Positions 8,933 through 17,810 of a stretch of DNA of 24,000 nucleotides are shown here, piece after piece. This DNA comes from Vulcanisaeta sp. JCM 14467. Its GTDB lineage: Archaea > Thermoproteota > Thermoprotei > Thermoproteales > Thermocladiaceae. The notes under the pieces are model-generated. The model saw only the letters and a list, made by a program, of their open reading frames with translations, was not told where the DNA came from and made no database searches. Within the stretch, counting starts at the first letter, position 1. Every line of letters begins with the position of its first letter. A program made the position numbers and the translations under genes. The stretch spans positions 57,093 to 81,092 of the forward strand of contig NZ_BBDM01000010.1 of NCBI RefSeq assembly GCF_001316245.1, read 5' to 3'.

Positions 8933-9919
8933 GTGGTTAGCTTTGATGATTTAAAGGTTTCGCTGAGTACGTACATAATGAGGAATAGGCGGGTTACTTA
9001 CCAGGACCTGCTGAAGTGGTCGTCAAGTAATAAGGTCGGTAATGCCCTACTGTATTTATTAATTAGGGAGTTGATTCGGGAGAAGAGGTTTAGGGTATCT
9101 GGTGAGTATGTAATTGGCAGTATTAGGGTGGGTAATGGTGAGGTTAAGCTGTCAATACCAATGTACATAGAGGTGCCGGGCGAGGGCGTTAAATCAACGA
9201 CGCAGGCCAAACGCCAGGTTAAGCAAAGGCGTGTTAAGAGCTCGAGTATCCTGGAAGTATTTGGCGAGGAAAGGAAAACTGAGGTTAAGCAAACCGTCGT
9301 AGAGGGTGGTGAGGGCGAGAAAAGGAGGGAGGGAGAGGTTAAGACCGTGGCTTCAGAGACTAAGCAGGGGGAAGAAAAGCAAGGGCAGGAGTTGAATGTT
9401 GCAGAACATAAGGAGGTGGAGGGTGTTCAGGAGGGTGGTAAGGCTGAGGCTAGTATTAAGGAGGGAGAGAAGACGGAATCGACAGGGACTGTTAATGCTG
9501 AGGGTGCGGCAGTCCCAATTGATTACTCCACAGTGGCTATGGAGGATTTCGCAGTAATGCTTAGGAGGGCTATTGAGGAGGAACTACCGCAGAACAGGGA
9601 GGAGGGCTATAAGATCGCAATGACGATGCTAAATTATTTGCAGAGGTACTGGAGCGTCGGTGAGTTAAGGCTTAAGCTCGACATTGCTAAACAGTTTGGT
9701 GGTGTTAATGAGAATATAATGAGGATTGAGGACGGCGTTTTAAGGGCCTTAGGAAACTCGGCATTATCGAGATTGTCGAGCCTGGCGTTATTAATAGGGT
9801 CAGGGAATTACCAAAGGACTTTGTTAAGGTTAGGCTTGACTCATTATTTACCTGATTTAAGCAGCCAATTGCTTAAGTCTCTCAGGCGTTGTGTATACCT
9901 CGGTTCTATGACCCTTTGA
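8933..9919 (+). CDS. hypothetical E/K/G-rich protein with probable C-terminal frameshift (likely true end 9855)
   Basis: 328-aa ORF with a GTG start. The central 9230-9500 region is low-complexity (GEVK/EGGE repeats). After about 9751-9756 the -1 frame reads KLGIIEIVEPGVINRVRELPKDFVKVRLDSLFT and stops at 9853-9855, just before the convergent S25e stop. The annotated frame instead gives a Ser/Leu-rich tail overlapping S25e by 63 nt. Confidence 0.5.
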   Translation: MVSFDDLKVSLSTYIMRNRRVTYQDLLKWSSSNKVGNALLYLLIRELIREKRFRVSGEYVIGSIRVGNGEVKLSIPMYIEVPGEGVKSTTQAKRQVKQRRVKSSSILEVFGEERKTEVKQTVVEGGEGEKRREGEVKTVASETKQGEEKQGQELNVAEHKEVEGVQEGGKAEASIKEGEKTESTGTVNAEGAAVPIDYSTVAMEDFAVMLRRAIEEELPQNREEGYKIAMTMLNYLQRYWSVGELRLKLDIAKQFGGVNENIMRIEDGVLRALGNSALSRLSSLALLIGSGNYQRTLLRLGLTHYLPDLSSQLLKSLRRCVYLGSMTL

Positions 9920-10207
9920 GACGAGTACAAGTGTACCCTTGCTCGCCAGTGTCCTCAGTATTTGATAGGCAACGCTCATTTTTGTATTGAATCTCGTGGC
10001 TACAAGGTAAGGCGTTACATACTCCCACTTAACAATCTCCTTCTCAACGTCACTAAGGAGTTTTTGATCAATGAGCGAAGCCTTAACTGTCGGTCTCTCC
10101 TCGGCGGGTGCTCTCCTACCCTTTGCAGCTGGTTTAGCCTGAGCCTGCTGCTGCTTCTCCTGTTTCTTTGCTAATTGTGATAATGTTGGTTTCTTCTTAC
10201 CACCCAT
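9857..10207 (-). CDS. rps25e: 30S ribosomal protein S25e
   Basis: Lys-rich N-terminus MGGKKKPTLSQLAKKQEK. C-terminal wHTH VTPYLVATRFNTKMSVAYQILRTLASKGTLVLV. The ATG at 10207 is preferred over the TTG at 10216 because the TATA box TTTATAAA (10236-10243) is centred about 30 nt upstream. Confidence 0.8.
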   Translation of the reverse strand: MGGKKKPTLSQLAKKQEKQQQAQAKPAAKGRRAPAEERPTVKASLIDQKLLSDVEKEIVKWEYVTPYLVATRFNTKMSVAYQILRTLASKGTLVLVSKGHRTEVYTTPERLKQLAA

Positions 10208-10235
10208 AGAGGTCAAGGTCTTAACGCCAATCCCC

Positions 10236-10243
10236 TTTATAAA
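10236..10243 (-). promoter_or_regulatory. TATA box for rps25e
   Basis: TTTATAAA lies 29-36 nt upstream of the ATG at 10207. This spacing is typical for leaderless crenarchaeal transcripts. Confidence 0.5.
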
Positions 10244-10299
10244 CTATTCCTCGCAGAATACACGAAATAGGTATTATGCCCATGATTGTGTCGGAAAGG

Positions 10300-10322
10300 T
10301 TTTTTTAAGTGCTTTTTTTAAA
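10300..10322 (+). promoter_or_regulatory. tandem T7-A TATA-like elements upstream of tbp
   Basis: TTTTTTTAAG (10300-10309) and TTTTTTTAAA (10313-10322). The first is centred about 28 nt upstream of the ATG at 10332, the second only about 15 nt. Confidence 0.45.
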
Positions 10323-10331
10323 TCATGAATA

Positions 10332-10912
10332 ATGCCAAATCCCACTTATCGCATTGAGAATATCGTCGCCACGGTAAACCTCGGCATTGACCTAGACCTA
10401 GATAAACTCGCAGAGAGACTTCCCGCAGCTGAGTATAACCCAGAGCAATTCCCTGGATTAATCCTGAGATTGCAAAGGCCAAAGATATCAGCATTGATAT
10501 TCAGGACAGGTAAGATGGTATGCACTGGCGCCAAGAGTGAGAATGAGCTTAAGAGGGCTGTTAAGGAATTGGTGAGGCTGCTCAATGAGCATGGGCTGAT
10601 GTACCACTCACGCCCGAGATACAGGTACAGAACATAGTGGCCTCCGGCAACCTCCACGCTGAAGTTGACATTGAGAAGTCAGCCCTAATGCTTGAGAATT
10701 CGATGTATGAGCCCGAGCAATTCCCCGGCCTAATCTATAGGATGGATGAGCCCAAGGTCGTCCTCCTAATATTCAGTTCAGGAAAGATAGTCTGCACAGG
10801 CGCCAAGAAGGAGCAGCAGGTTAGGGATGCCGTCTTTAAGATTCACGATATTCTCAAAGACATAGGAGCTTTGTACGAGGAGGAGGGAGGTAAGGAGGAA
10901 GAGGAGATTTAA
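10332..10912 (+). pseudogene. tbp: TATA-box binding protein (TBP), split between its two repeats by a 1-nt frame break near 10593-10599
   Basis: Repeat 1 is IENIVATVNLG...EQFPGLILRL...IFRTGKMVCTGAKS. Repeat 2 is QNIVASGNL...[10 protein letters not shown]...[14 protein letters not shown], followed by an acidic tail [11 protein letters not shown]. The linker [14 protein letters not shown] is readable only in the -1 frame. As written there are two ORFs, 10332..10637 and 10637..10912. Confidence 0.9.
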
Positions 10913-11626
10913 TGACCATGTTCCCAGAGGCTGTGCCCATAATTCATCAGGAGGTTAATCACATACCGAATCTAGTATTCACTAGCAAATTAGCGCTGGA
11001 GGTGAGGGATGACGTAGATTTAAGGATACTCAAAAAAATTGGGATCACTGAGTAAGGAGGTAATTGGTATCATCAGGGTCAATGACGAGTTCAACACCAA
11101 GCTGCCAAGTTCTCTGGGCAGGTTTAATAAGACTATTGTTCTCCTAGGGCCTGGGGTTGGCATATCATGGCTTAAGTATGTAATGAGCCTTACAAACACA
11201 ATAATAGGATTCACTCTCGATTCATTGATGAGGTTCACGAAAATAAGGCCAAGCCTACTTAACATACCTAGTGAGTTGTTCATAGATCCAGTAATTGATG
11301 CCAACGATGTTATGGTGGTTCCCAAGGCTTTACCTAAGGTTGTCATTGATTGGTTAATGGATTATGTGGATTCAGGGGGTGACTTATACGTATTAGTACG
11401 TGGTGATTCTATTAATGATATTAATTTGCTCATGCATTCACGGTTGGTCTTTACTTATGACGTTAGATTAGCCGAGCTCTATAATGGTATTATTAAGGGT
11501 AGCTTCATGGGCGGTCTTAAGATTAATGTCGGGGCTAAATGCAGGTTCTGCGACAATGCGTCAAACCCACTATGTTTATTGACCTGCCCCAGCGTTGACT
11601 TGGTTAGGGAGGTTGGGGTTGAGTAA
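10912..11626 (+). pseudogene. hypothetical protein translationally coupled to TBP, interrupted at an A7 tract
   Basis: The ATG at 10912 overlaps the TBP stop (TAATG). A 47-codon ORF (MTMFPEAVPIIHQEVNH...RILKKIGITE*) ends at 11055. After the A7 run at 11032-11038 the +1 frame continues as LGSLSKEVIGIIRV... to 11626. Contains a degenerate P-loop-like LLGPGVGIS and a C-terminal CRFC...C...C. Confidence 0.5.
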
Positions 11627-11628
11627 TT

Positions 11629-12047
11629 ATGAGCCTAGCGAAGAGGAAGGGCTCGGCGCATGAGAGGGCTTTGGCAAATAGGTTATGGGATATGGGGCTT
11701 GCAGTCCTCAGGGGTTGCTCATCAGGCGGTGGTGTTAGGAAGAGGTTTGTGCCAGACATCGTAGCCATGGGCCTGGATTTGTACTCGTAATCGAGGCGAA
11801 GTACAGGTCTGAAAGGGGTTCCATAAGGATTGAGGGTGAGAAGGTGGAGAAGCTTCTTGAATTTGCACGTAGGGCAAGGGGTGATGCATACATTGCCGTG
11901 AAGTTTAGGGGTGATGATTGGCGTTTCCTACCAATCACCAATGGGGGTGACCTTGTTGTAAGACCTGACGATCTAGGTAATGCCTATACGCTCGAGCAAT
12001 TGATCAATAAGTACATGAGCAAATCCCTGACAGAGTTCCTGAAGTAG
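11629..12047 (+). pseudogene. hjc: Holliday junction resolvase Hjc, with a frame break near 11769-11773
   Basis: The N-terminal KRKGSAHERALANRLWDMGLAVLRGCSSGGG...VPDIVAMG stops at 11788-11790. The -1 frame continues PGFVLVIEAKYRSERGSIRIEGEKVEKLLEFARRARGDAYIAVKF. Together these give the Hjc E...D...ExK core. Confidence 0.85.
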
Positions 12048-12090
12048 TTGAATGATTAACCTTAATAATTTCCCAAGTACTAGGTAGTTA

Positions 12091-12369
12091 ATGTCGTCGA
12101 CCGTGCAGCGGGAGATTAAGACATTTGTTGACCAGATGCTTAAGGCATCAGAGACAAAGTCCCTCAGGTTCACGCGGGTTAGTGTTAAGGGTTCTGAAAG
12201 GGGTCTCGAGGTGAGTATAAAGATATACCTTGAACACCCAATGAGGCTTAACAGTATTTATGAGCTGGCAAGAGCTGTGACCAATAAGTACGGCGTTGCC
12301 ATGGATGAGGTAATGATATACTCACCCCACTCAAGGGCCATTAGGCTATCCTTCATCATTAAAAGGTGA
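12091..12369 (+). CDS. hypothetical protein
   Basis: 92-aa ORF with an ATG start and coding-like composition. No motif recognised. Confidence 0.4.
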   Translation: MSSTVQREIKTFVDQMLKASETKSLRFTRVSVKGSERGLEVSIKIYLEHPMRLNSIYELARAVTNKYGVAMDEVMIYSPHSRAIRLSFIIKR

Positions 12370-12414
12370 ATTTGCGGTAAAGCTTATTTAATTGTAGGGA
12401 TTACCTAGAGATTA

Positions 12415-13104
12415 ATGAGCACGCAATCATACATTAAATGGCTTGGTCACGCAGCCTTCGAAGTTATGCTAAGCGGTAAGAAAATATTGATTGATCCCTG
12501 GATCTCCAACCCACTATCACCCGTAACCCTCAATGAGATAACCAATGTGGACTACATACTCGTAACCCACGACCACTTCGACCACCTGGGTGAAGCAGTT
12601 GATATTGCCAAAAAGACTAATGCAACGGTGGTCGGTGTCTTCGAACTGGTTAATTACCTTAGTGAGCAGGGCGTTAAGAATACCATAGGAATGAATGTTG
12701 GTGGTTCCGTTAAATTGACGAGTGAGATTGAGGTCTACGTAACACCGGCACTGCATAGTTCGAGCAGGGGCGTGCCCGTGGGCTTCATAATAAAGGCTCC
12801 TGAGGCAACCATCTACCACGCTGGGGATACCGGTTTATTCAGTGAGATGGACCTGCTCGGCAGGTTGTTTAAGATTGACGTGGCCATGCTACCAATAGGC
12901 AGCCTATTCACCATGGACCCAAGGCAGGCAGCCTACGCATTAACAATGCTCAGGCCCAGGGCCGTAATACCCATGCACTATAATACATTCCCAGACATTA
13001 AGCAGGACCCACAGGTGTTTAAGGAGCTTGCTGAGTCGATGCTACCCGATGTTAAGGTATTCATTTTGAAGCCTGGCGAGACTTTACAATTGCCAATCAA
13101 ATAA
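12415..13104 (+). CDS. UPF0173-type metallo-beta-lactamase-fold hydrolase
   Basis: 229 aa: WLGHAAFEV...ILIDPW...VTHDHFDHLG...HAGDTG...PMHYNTF. A TATA-like TTATTTAATT lies about 27 nt upstream of the ATG. Confidence 0.85.
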   Translation: MSTQSYIKWLGHAAFEVMLSGKKILIDPWISNPLSPVTLNEITNVDYILVTHDHFDHLGEAVDIAKKTNATVVGVFELVNYLSEQGVKNTIGMNVGGSVKLTSEIEVYVTPALHSSSRGVPVGFIIKAPEATIYHAGDTGLFSEMDLLGRLFKIDVAMLPIGSLFTMDPRQAAYALTMLRPRAVIPMHYNTFPDIKQDPQVFKELAESMLPDVKVFILKPGETLQLPIK

Positions 13105-13122
13105 TTAATTGTTACCAAGCCC

Positions 13123-13135
13123 TTAATATTTAAAA
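13123..13135 (+). promoter_or_regulatory. TATA box for the geranylgeranyl reductase gene
   Basis: TTAATATTTAAAA is centred about 30 nt upstream of the ATG at 13160. Confidence 0.45.
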
Positions 13136-13159
13136 TCCCTCATTCACATCGTTGCTGGT

Positions 13160-14535
13160 ATGGTTAATTTCGACGTTATTGTCGTTGGTGCAGGCACAGC
13201 CGGTTCATACGCATCCTACCTACTCGCTAAGGCGGGGCTTAATGTGGCGTTAATAGAGATGAAGAGGAGGGATAAGGTCTTTAAGACGACTGGCGACGCA
13301 ATCGGTATTCATCACATTGAGCGAATGAGCATTAAGCCGCCCAGTGACGTCATCATGATAAGGTATGAAGGTGCGGAGTTGTATAGCCCTGACCTGTCGG
13401 TTAAGTACGTGGTTCTTGGCAAGGGTTTTGGGCTTGACATGGCTAAGTGGGCGCAGTGGCTGATTGGTGAGGCTGAGCGGGCTGGTGCGCACATATTCGA
13501 TAATCATAAGGTTCAGGGACCAATAATTGAGAACGGTTTCGTCTCGGGGGTTAGGGTATTGAAGCCTGATGGCTCGACCGAGGACTTCAGGGCTAAGGTT
13601 GTAATTGATGCAAGCGGTGTTGGAGCCGTCGTTAGGAGCAGGCTTCCCCGTGAGTGGTGGGTTTCTGAGCCGTTACTGCCTGAGGACGTTTCAAATGCCT
13701 ATAGGGAGATTATTCAGGTTGATTATGATATTGAGAAGCCTGAGTTCATAAAGATATACCTTGACGCCAACATAGCGCCGGGTGGTTATTGGTGGTTGTT
13801 CCCAAAAAGCCGAAACACGATGAACATTGGGCTTGGCCTATGGGGCAAGTTAAGCGAGGAGCAGGGATTAAATCCTAGGCATAATTACGATAGGTACCTA
13901 GCCAACAGCAATATACGAGGGGTAGGAAGATAATACATGTGGGTGGTGGTATCGTACCCACACGTAGGCCTTTGCCATCACTCGTGGCCAATGGCTTCCT
14001 GGCCGCCGGCGATGCCGCGGTTACGGTAAACCCAGTGCATGGTGGTGGTATAGGTCCTGCCCTCCTCTCGGCTGAGTTAGCGTCAAAGGCTGTGATGGAG
14101 GCTTTTGAGAAGGGTGATTTCACAGAGAGGGGATTATGGAGGTATAACATTGAGTACCTTAAGGCCTACGGCATTAAGCAGGCAATGCTTGATGTGTTTA
14201 GACTAATGCTTCAAACACTCACTAACGACCAATTAAATAGGGGGTTGAGGGCTAGGCTCCTTACTGAGGATGAAGTGCTCGAGATATCCGAGAAGGGCTC
14301 ACTGGAGTTATCCTTCATTGATAAGTTAAAGATTGGTCTGCGCCTAATGAAGGTGCCTGACGTAGCGGCTAGGCTTAGACTTGCGTTGAGGTACATGAAT
14401 GAGGTTAAGAGCCTGTACGAGGCTTACCCAGGGAGTCCCGAAGGCTTGTCAAGTTGGTATAGGAGGTTGGTGAGTATTTACCGTGAGTACACGGGTAAAT
14501 TGGGTATTTCAATGAAGTGGTTAGGTAACGCTTAA
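13160..14535 (+). pseudogene. geranylgeranyl reductase family flavoprotein (digeranylgeranylglycerophospholipid reductase-like), with a frame break at the G-run 13919-13922
   Basis: FDVIVVGAGTAGSYASYLLAKAG (FAD motif), GGYWWLFPK and NIGLG lie in ORF 13160..13933. The -1 frame continues GRKIIHVGGGIVP...FLAAGDAA...NPVHGGGIG in ORF 13939..14535. The combined length of approx. 455 aa matches the family. Confidence 0.85.
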
Positions 14536-15620
14536 TACCCTAGGCACATTCTTATCAAATGGTGGGTAGATAATTCCCTTTTCCGTTATTAATGCAGTGA
14601 CGTACTTAGGAGGCGTGACGTCAAATACTGGGTTAAACACTGGAACATTCTCAGGGGCTATTGGCACACCCCTTATCTTCCTAACCTCATCTGGATCCCT
14701 CTCCTCAATTTTAACATCCTCAACCCTGCTCTTAAGGTCGAAGGTTGATGATGGGGCTATGGCGTAGAATGGTATGCCGAGTTCATGGGCTATAACGGCC
14801 TCCTTAAACGTGCCAATCTTATTAAAGACATGCCCGTCCCTAAGTATCCTGTCTGCACCAACCATGACGCTATTTACCATGCCCCTATACATCACATAGC
14901 CAACGGCAGTATCTGTTATTAGCGTGACTGGTATACCATCAACCATCAACTCATATACGGTTAACCTGGCGCCCTGAAGCCACGGCCTAGTCTCCGGCGC
15001 GATAACTGACACCCTAATACCCAGCGCATGAGCAACTCTTACTGGTGCCGTGGCTGTACCAATGCCAGTACCAGTCGCTAACCCACCTGCATTACATTGT
15101 GTCAGTATTGTGTCTCCATCATTAATCTTTTCAAGTCCGTAAATCCCCATCATAAGCTCGGCATTAAATTCCTCATCAAAGATTGCCTTAGCCTCCCTCT
15201 TTAATACCTCAACCAACTCCTTTATACTCCTAGCCTCACCATTATTTACTGCATCCCTAGCCCTATTAAGCATCCTCTCCGTGGCCCAAAACAGGTTTTG
15301 GGCTGTTGGCCTTGCCGCATTAAGAACATCCCGGGCCCTGGATAGTTCTTTCAGAGAATCATCTAACGTTAATGCTTTGCTGTGCGCTACGGCTAGGACC
15401 ATGCCATAGGCTGCCGTTATGCCTATCGCAGGTGCCCCACGCACAATCATTTGCCTAATGGCGTCAGCGTGGATACTGGGTCCCTCAGCTCCACGTAAGT
15501 TTCCTCAAAAGGTAGTTTCCTTTGGTCAAGCAATACCAGGGTATTATCCTCGTCGCGCCAAATTATTGGCCTTAACTTGGGTTTTACTTTGCTTTTCAAT
15601 TCCTCAAGATCAATCCTCAT
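14521..15620 (-). pseudogene. mtnA: S-methyl-5-thioribose-1-phosphate isomerase / aIF-2B-like isomerase (MtnA family), with a frame break near 15478-15484
   Basis: The C-terminal 309-aa ORF has [21 protein letters not shown] and GADRI. The N-terminal 57 codons from the ATG at 15620 ([48 protein letters not shown]) are in another frame. Joining them at the C/G run gives ...[24 protein letters not shown]. Confidence 0.85.
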
Positions 15621-15667
15621 ACTCAACTGATAATATCAATAACTTTTTAAGCCTTTTCGGCGATTTC

Positions 15668-17129
15668 CTAACCCAGGTACTTCTCACGTAGGTAGTTCAG
15701 TAGGTACGTGGGGTTGTATGTATCGTTGAAGGACCTCATGAGCAACTCCTTAGGTGGGTATATGGCGCCGTGCCTGCAAATCCTGTCCCTAAGGAACTCC
15801 TTAATCTCATTAAACTTCCTATTAGCCACTTTATCCTTAAGTCCAGGCAGCTTTGCGTAAATCATGCCAGCAATGACATTACCCAATGTGTAGGTTGGGA
15901 AGTAGCCGAACGATCCCTGGGACCAGTGGATATCCTGGAGAACACCCTCCGCGTCATTCCTAGGCCTGACGCCCAGGTACTTATCCATGAAGTCAATCCA
16001 CAGCGAGGGTAAGTCGGAGACGTCCAACTTACCTGCTATCAACCCTTTCTCAATCTCGTAACGTAGGGCTATGTGGAAGTTGTAGGTGACCTCGTCGGCG
16101 TCTACCCTAATGAGACTTGGCCTAACGATGTTGAAGTACTTGTAGACATCCTCCTCACTATAGTCCCTGAGGAATGGCAATCTTTCCTTAAGTAATGGGT
16201 AGATTAAGTGCACGAACTCCCTACTCCTACCAATAATGTTCTCCCAAAACCTTGATTGACTCTCATGAACTCCCATGGAGACTCCACGCCCAACTGGCGT
16301 CATTTCCAGGATGGTCGATCATTAATTCATACATTGCATGGCCGCTCTCGTGAATTACTGAGAACATGGTTGACCTGAAGTCCTTTCCCTCATACCTGGT
16401 GGTTATCCTGACGTCATTGATGGACATGCTTATTGTGAATGGGTGTGCAGATACGTCCATCCTGAACCTAGTGCCCACGGGCATGTCGAGTATCTTAAGT
16501 AACTCCTCATTGATCGACTTCATGACATTAACGTCATAAGGTACATCCTCAAGTGGGTGCTTACTTGGGTATCTACCCTCACTTAATACTTTATCAAGTA
16601 TTGACTTCAGATTGGGAAGTAATTCATTAAATATTCTATCGGCATCATTAACTGTGAAGCCCTCCTCATACAGGTCCAGCAGCGCATTGTATGGATGTCC
16701 CTCATAGCCAAGCTTATCGGCAATAACCCTCTCCAACTCCACAATCTTGGACAAGTACGGTTTAAACTTCTCGAAATTCGACTCCTTCCTGGCCTCCCTC
16801 CAAACCACGGCAGCCTTTGTGGTGGTCCTATTCAACTCCTCAATGACCTCAGGTGGTATTGACGTGTAGTACTTAAGCTCCCTCTTCAAAACCCTAATAA
16901 CGCCCCTCTCGAAGTCCGTCAAATCCTTGACCTCCTCATACTTACTAACTAAATCCCTAAGCCTAAGCAGGTACTCCCTACGTATAAGCGCCAACTGCGC
17001 CAACGCCTCGCCACGTGCTGACGCAGCCTCAACAGGCATGTTAACCTCCAGGTCCCACCCAAGTAATGAATTTGCATGGTCAAGAGCCCACACGAACTTA
17101 TACTCCCTAAGTAGATCGTCAATCCTCAT
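15668..17129 (-). pseudogene. carboxypeptidase Taq-type metallopeptidase (M32), with a frame break near 16305-16310
   Basis: The N-terminal ORF ends with the HExxH motif VIHESGHAMYE. The C-terminal ORF carries [22 protein letters not shown] and [19 protein letters not shown]. Removing one base at GG (CC on the + strand, 16306-16307) gives ...[12 protein letters not shown].... The ATG at 17129 is preferred over the TTG at 17132. Confidence 0.9.
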
Positions 17130-17154
17130 CAACCCGTTTCTTGCATCGTTCTAC

Positions 17155-17810
17155 TTAAGTATTTCCTCTACTACACGAATTAATTAATAGGGATACCAAA
17201 TTGTAAAGTCGGATTGCGGTCTTTAACTTGCTTAGTGAAAGGTTCCCAAGCCCAAGCTCCCTCCTAACATCACTTATTAACGAACCGCAATTATCCATAT
17301 TTACACCCAACTTCTCGCACACGCAGGACCAATCATTGCAGTTCATTACGGCGTTCATGATATCCCTAACCCTATTATTACACGATTTCATGGCTAGGGT
17401 GAACACGGTATTTATCAAGTCACCAACCGCTTCATAAATCACGTTCTCAATAACAGTCCTCAACTCGTCAATAGTCAAAACAACTGCTTCCTCAAGATTT
17501 ATTACCGATACCCCCAACTCATCGGCGAGTGCCTTACTTGAGTCGTTACTGAAGCCCCTGGCCACGATTAGGGGCTTGGCATTTAGCACCTTGGCATTGA
17601 CATATGCCTGCCTAATGGCGCTGACATCAACCTTACCCGACTTAACCTCGACAGCATACTTATTGCCTGACCCATCCTCAGCCACTATATCGACCTCGCC
17701 AACCTCAACCCCATTAACCGTGACCTTAACCCTCCTGCCAAGATCCTAAGTCCAAGCCTACTTAATAACTCGGCCACGTAATCCTCAAACCTAATACCTA
17801 CATTAGCCAC
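17155..17810 (-). pseudogene. PD-(D/E)xK nuclease-fold protein (YraN/Mrr-like core) with a Cys-rich C-terminal domain, and a frame break at 17730-17732
   Basis: From the GTG at 17810: ANVGIRFEDYVAELLSRLGLRILAGG. After a -1 shift at a G-run: VKVTVNGVEVGEVDIVAEDGSGNKYAVEVKSGKVDVS, which is an ExD...ExK nuclease core. The C-terminal half contains 6 Cys (CNNRV...CNDWSCVCEKLGVNMDNC). The TATA-like TTTAATTAA immediately upstream suggests a leaderless mRNA. Confidence 0.6.

Noticed and set aside
9230-9500. Purine-rich reiterated GAGG/GGTTAAG units that might be a tandem repeat or degenerate CRISPR-like array
   Set aside because: The units are irregular in length and sequence. They are in frame and translate to E/K/G low-complexity protein. 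There is no repeat-spacer periodicity.
10637-10912. Independent expression of the second TBP repeat from the GTG at 10637
   Set aside because: There is no TATA box or Shine-Dalgarno-like sequence upstream. The conserved linker sequence upstream of the GTG is in the same frame. A single-base deletion explains the split more simply. It is kept as a finding only because of its evolutionary interest if real.
11908-11970. GTGATGA C-box-like heptamer with a CTGA about 50 nt downstream
   Set aside because: It lies inside the Hjc coding sequence. There are no D'/C' boxes and the spacing is wrong. Other internal xTGATGA hits (134, 4579, 7580, 12350, 13345, 20930, 21165 and 22615 on either strand) fail in the same way.
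15419-15691. 90-aa plus-strand ORF between MtnA and the M32 peptidase
   Set aside because: The minus strand here encodes the conserved MtnA N-terminus and its promoter, so the plus ORF is a shadow.
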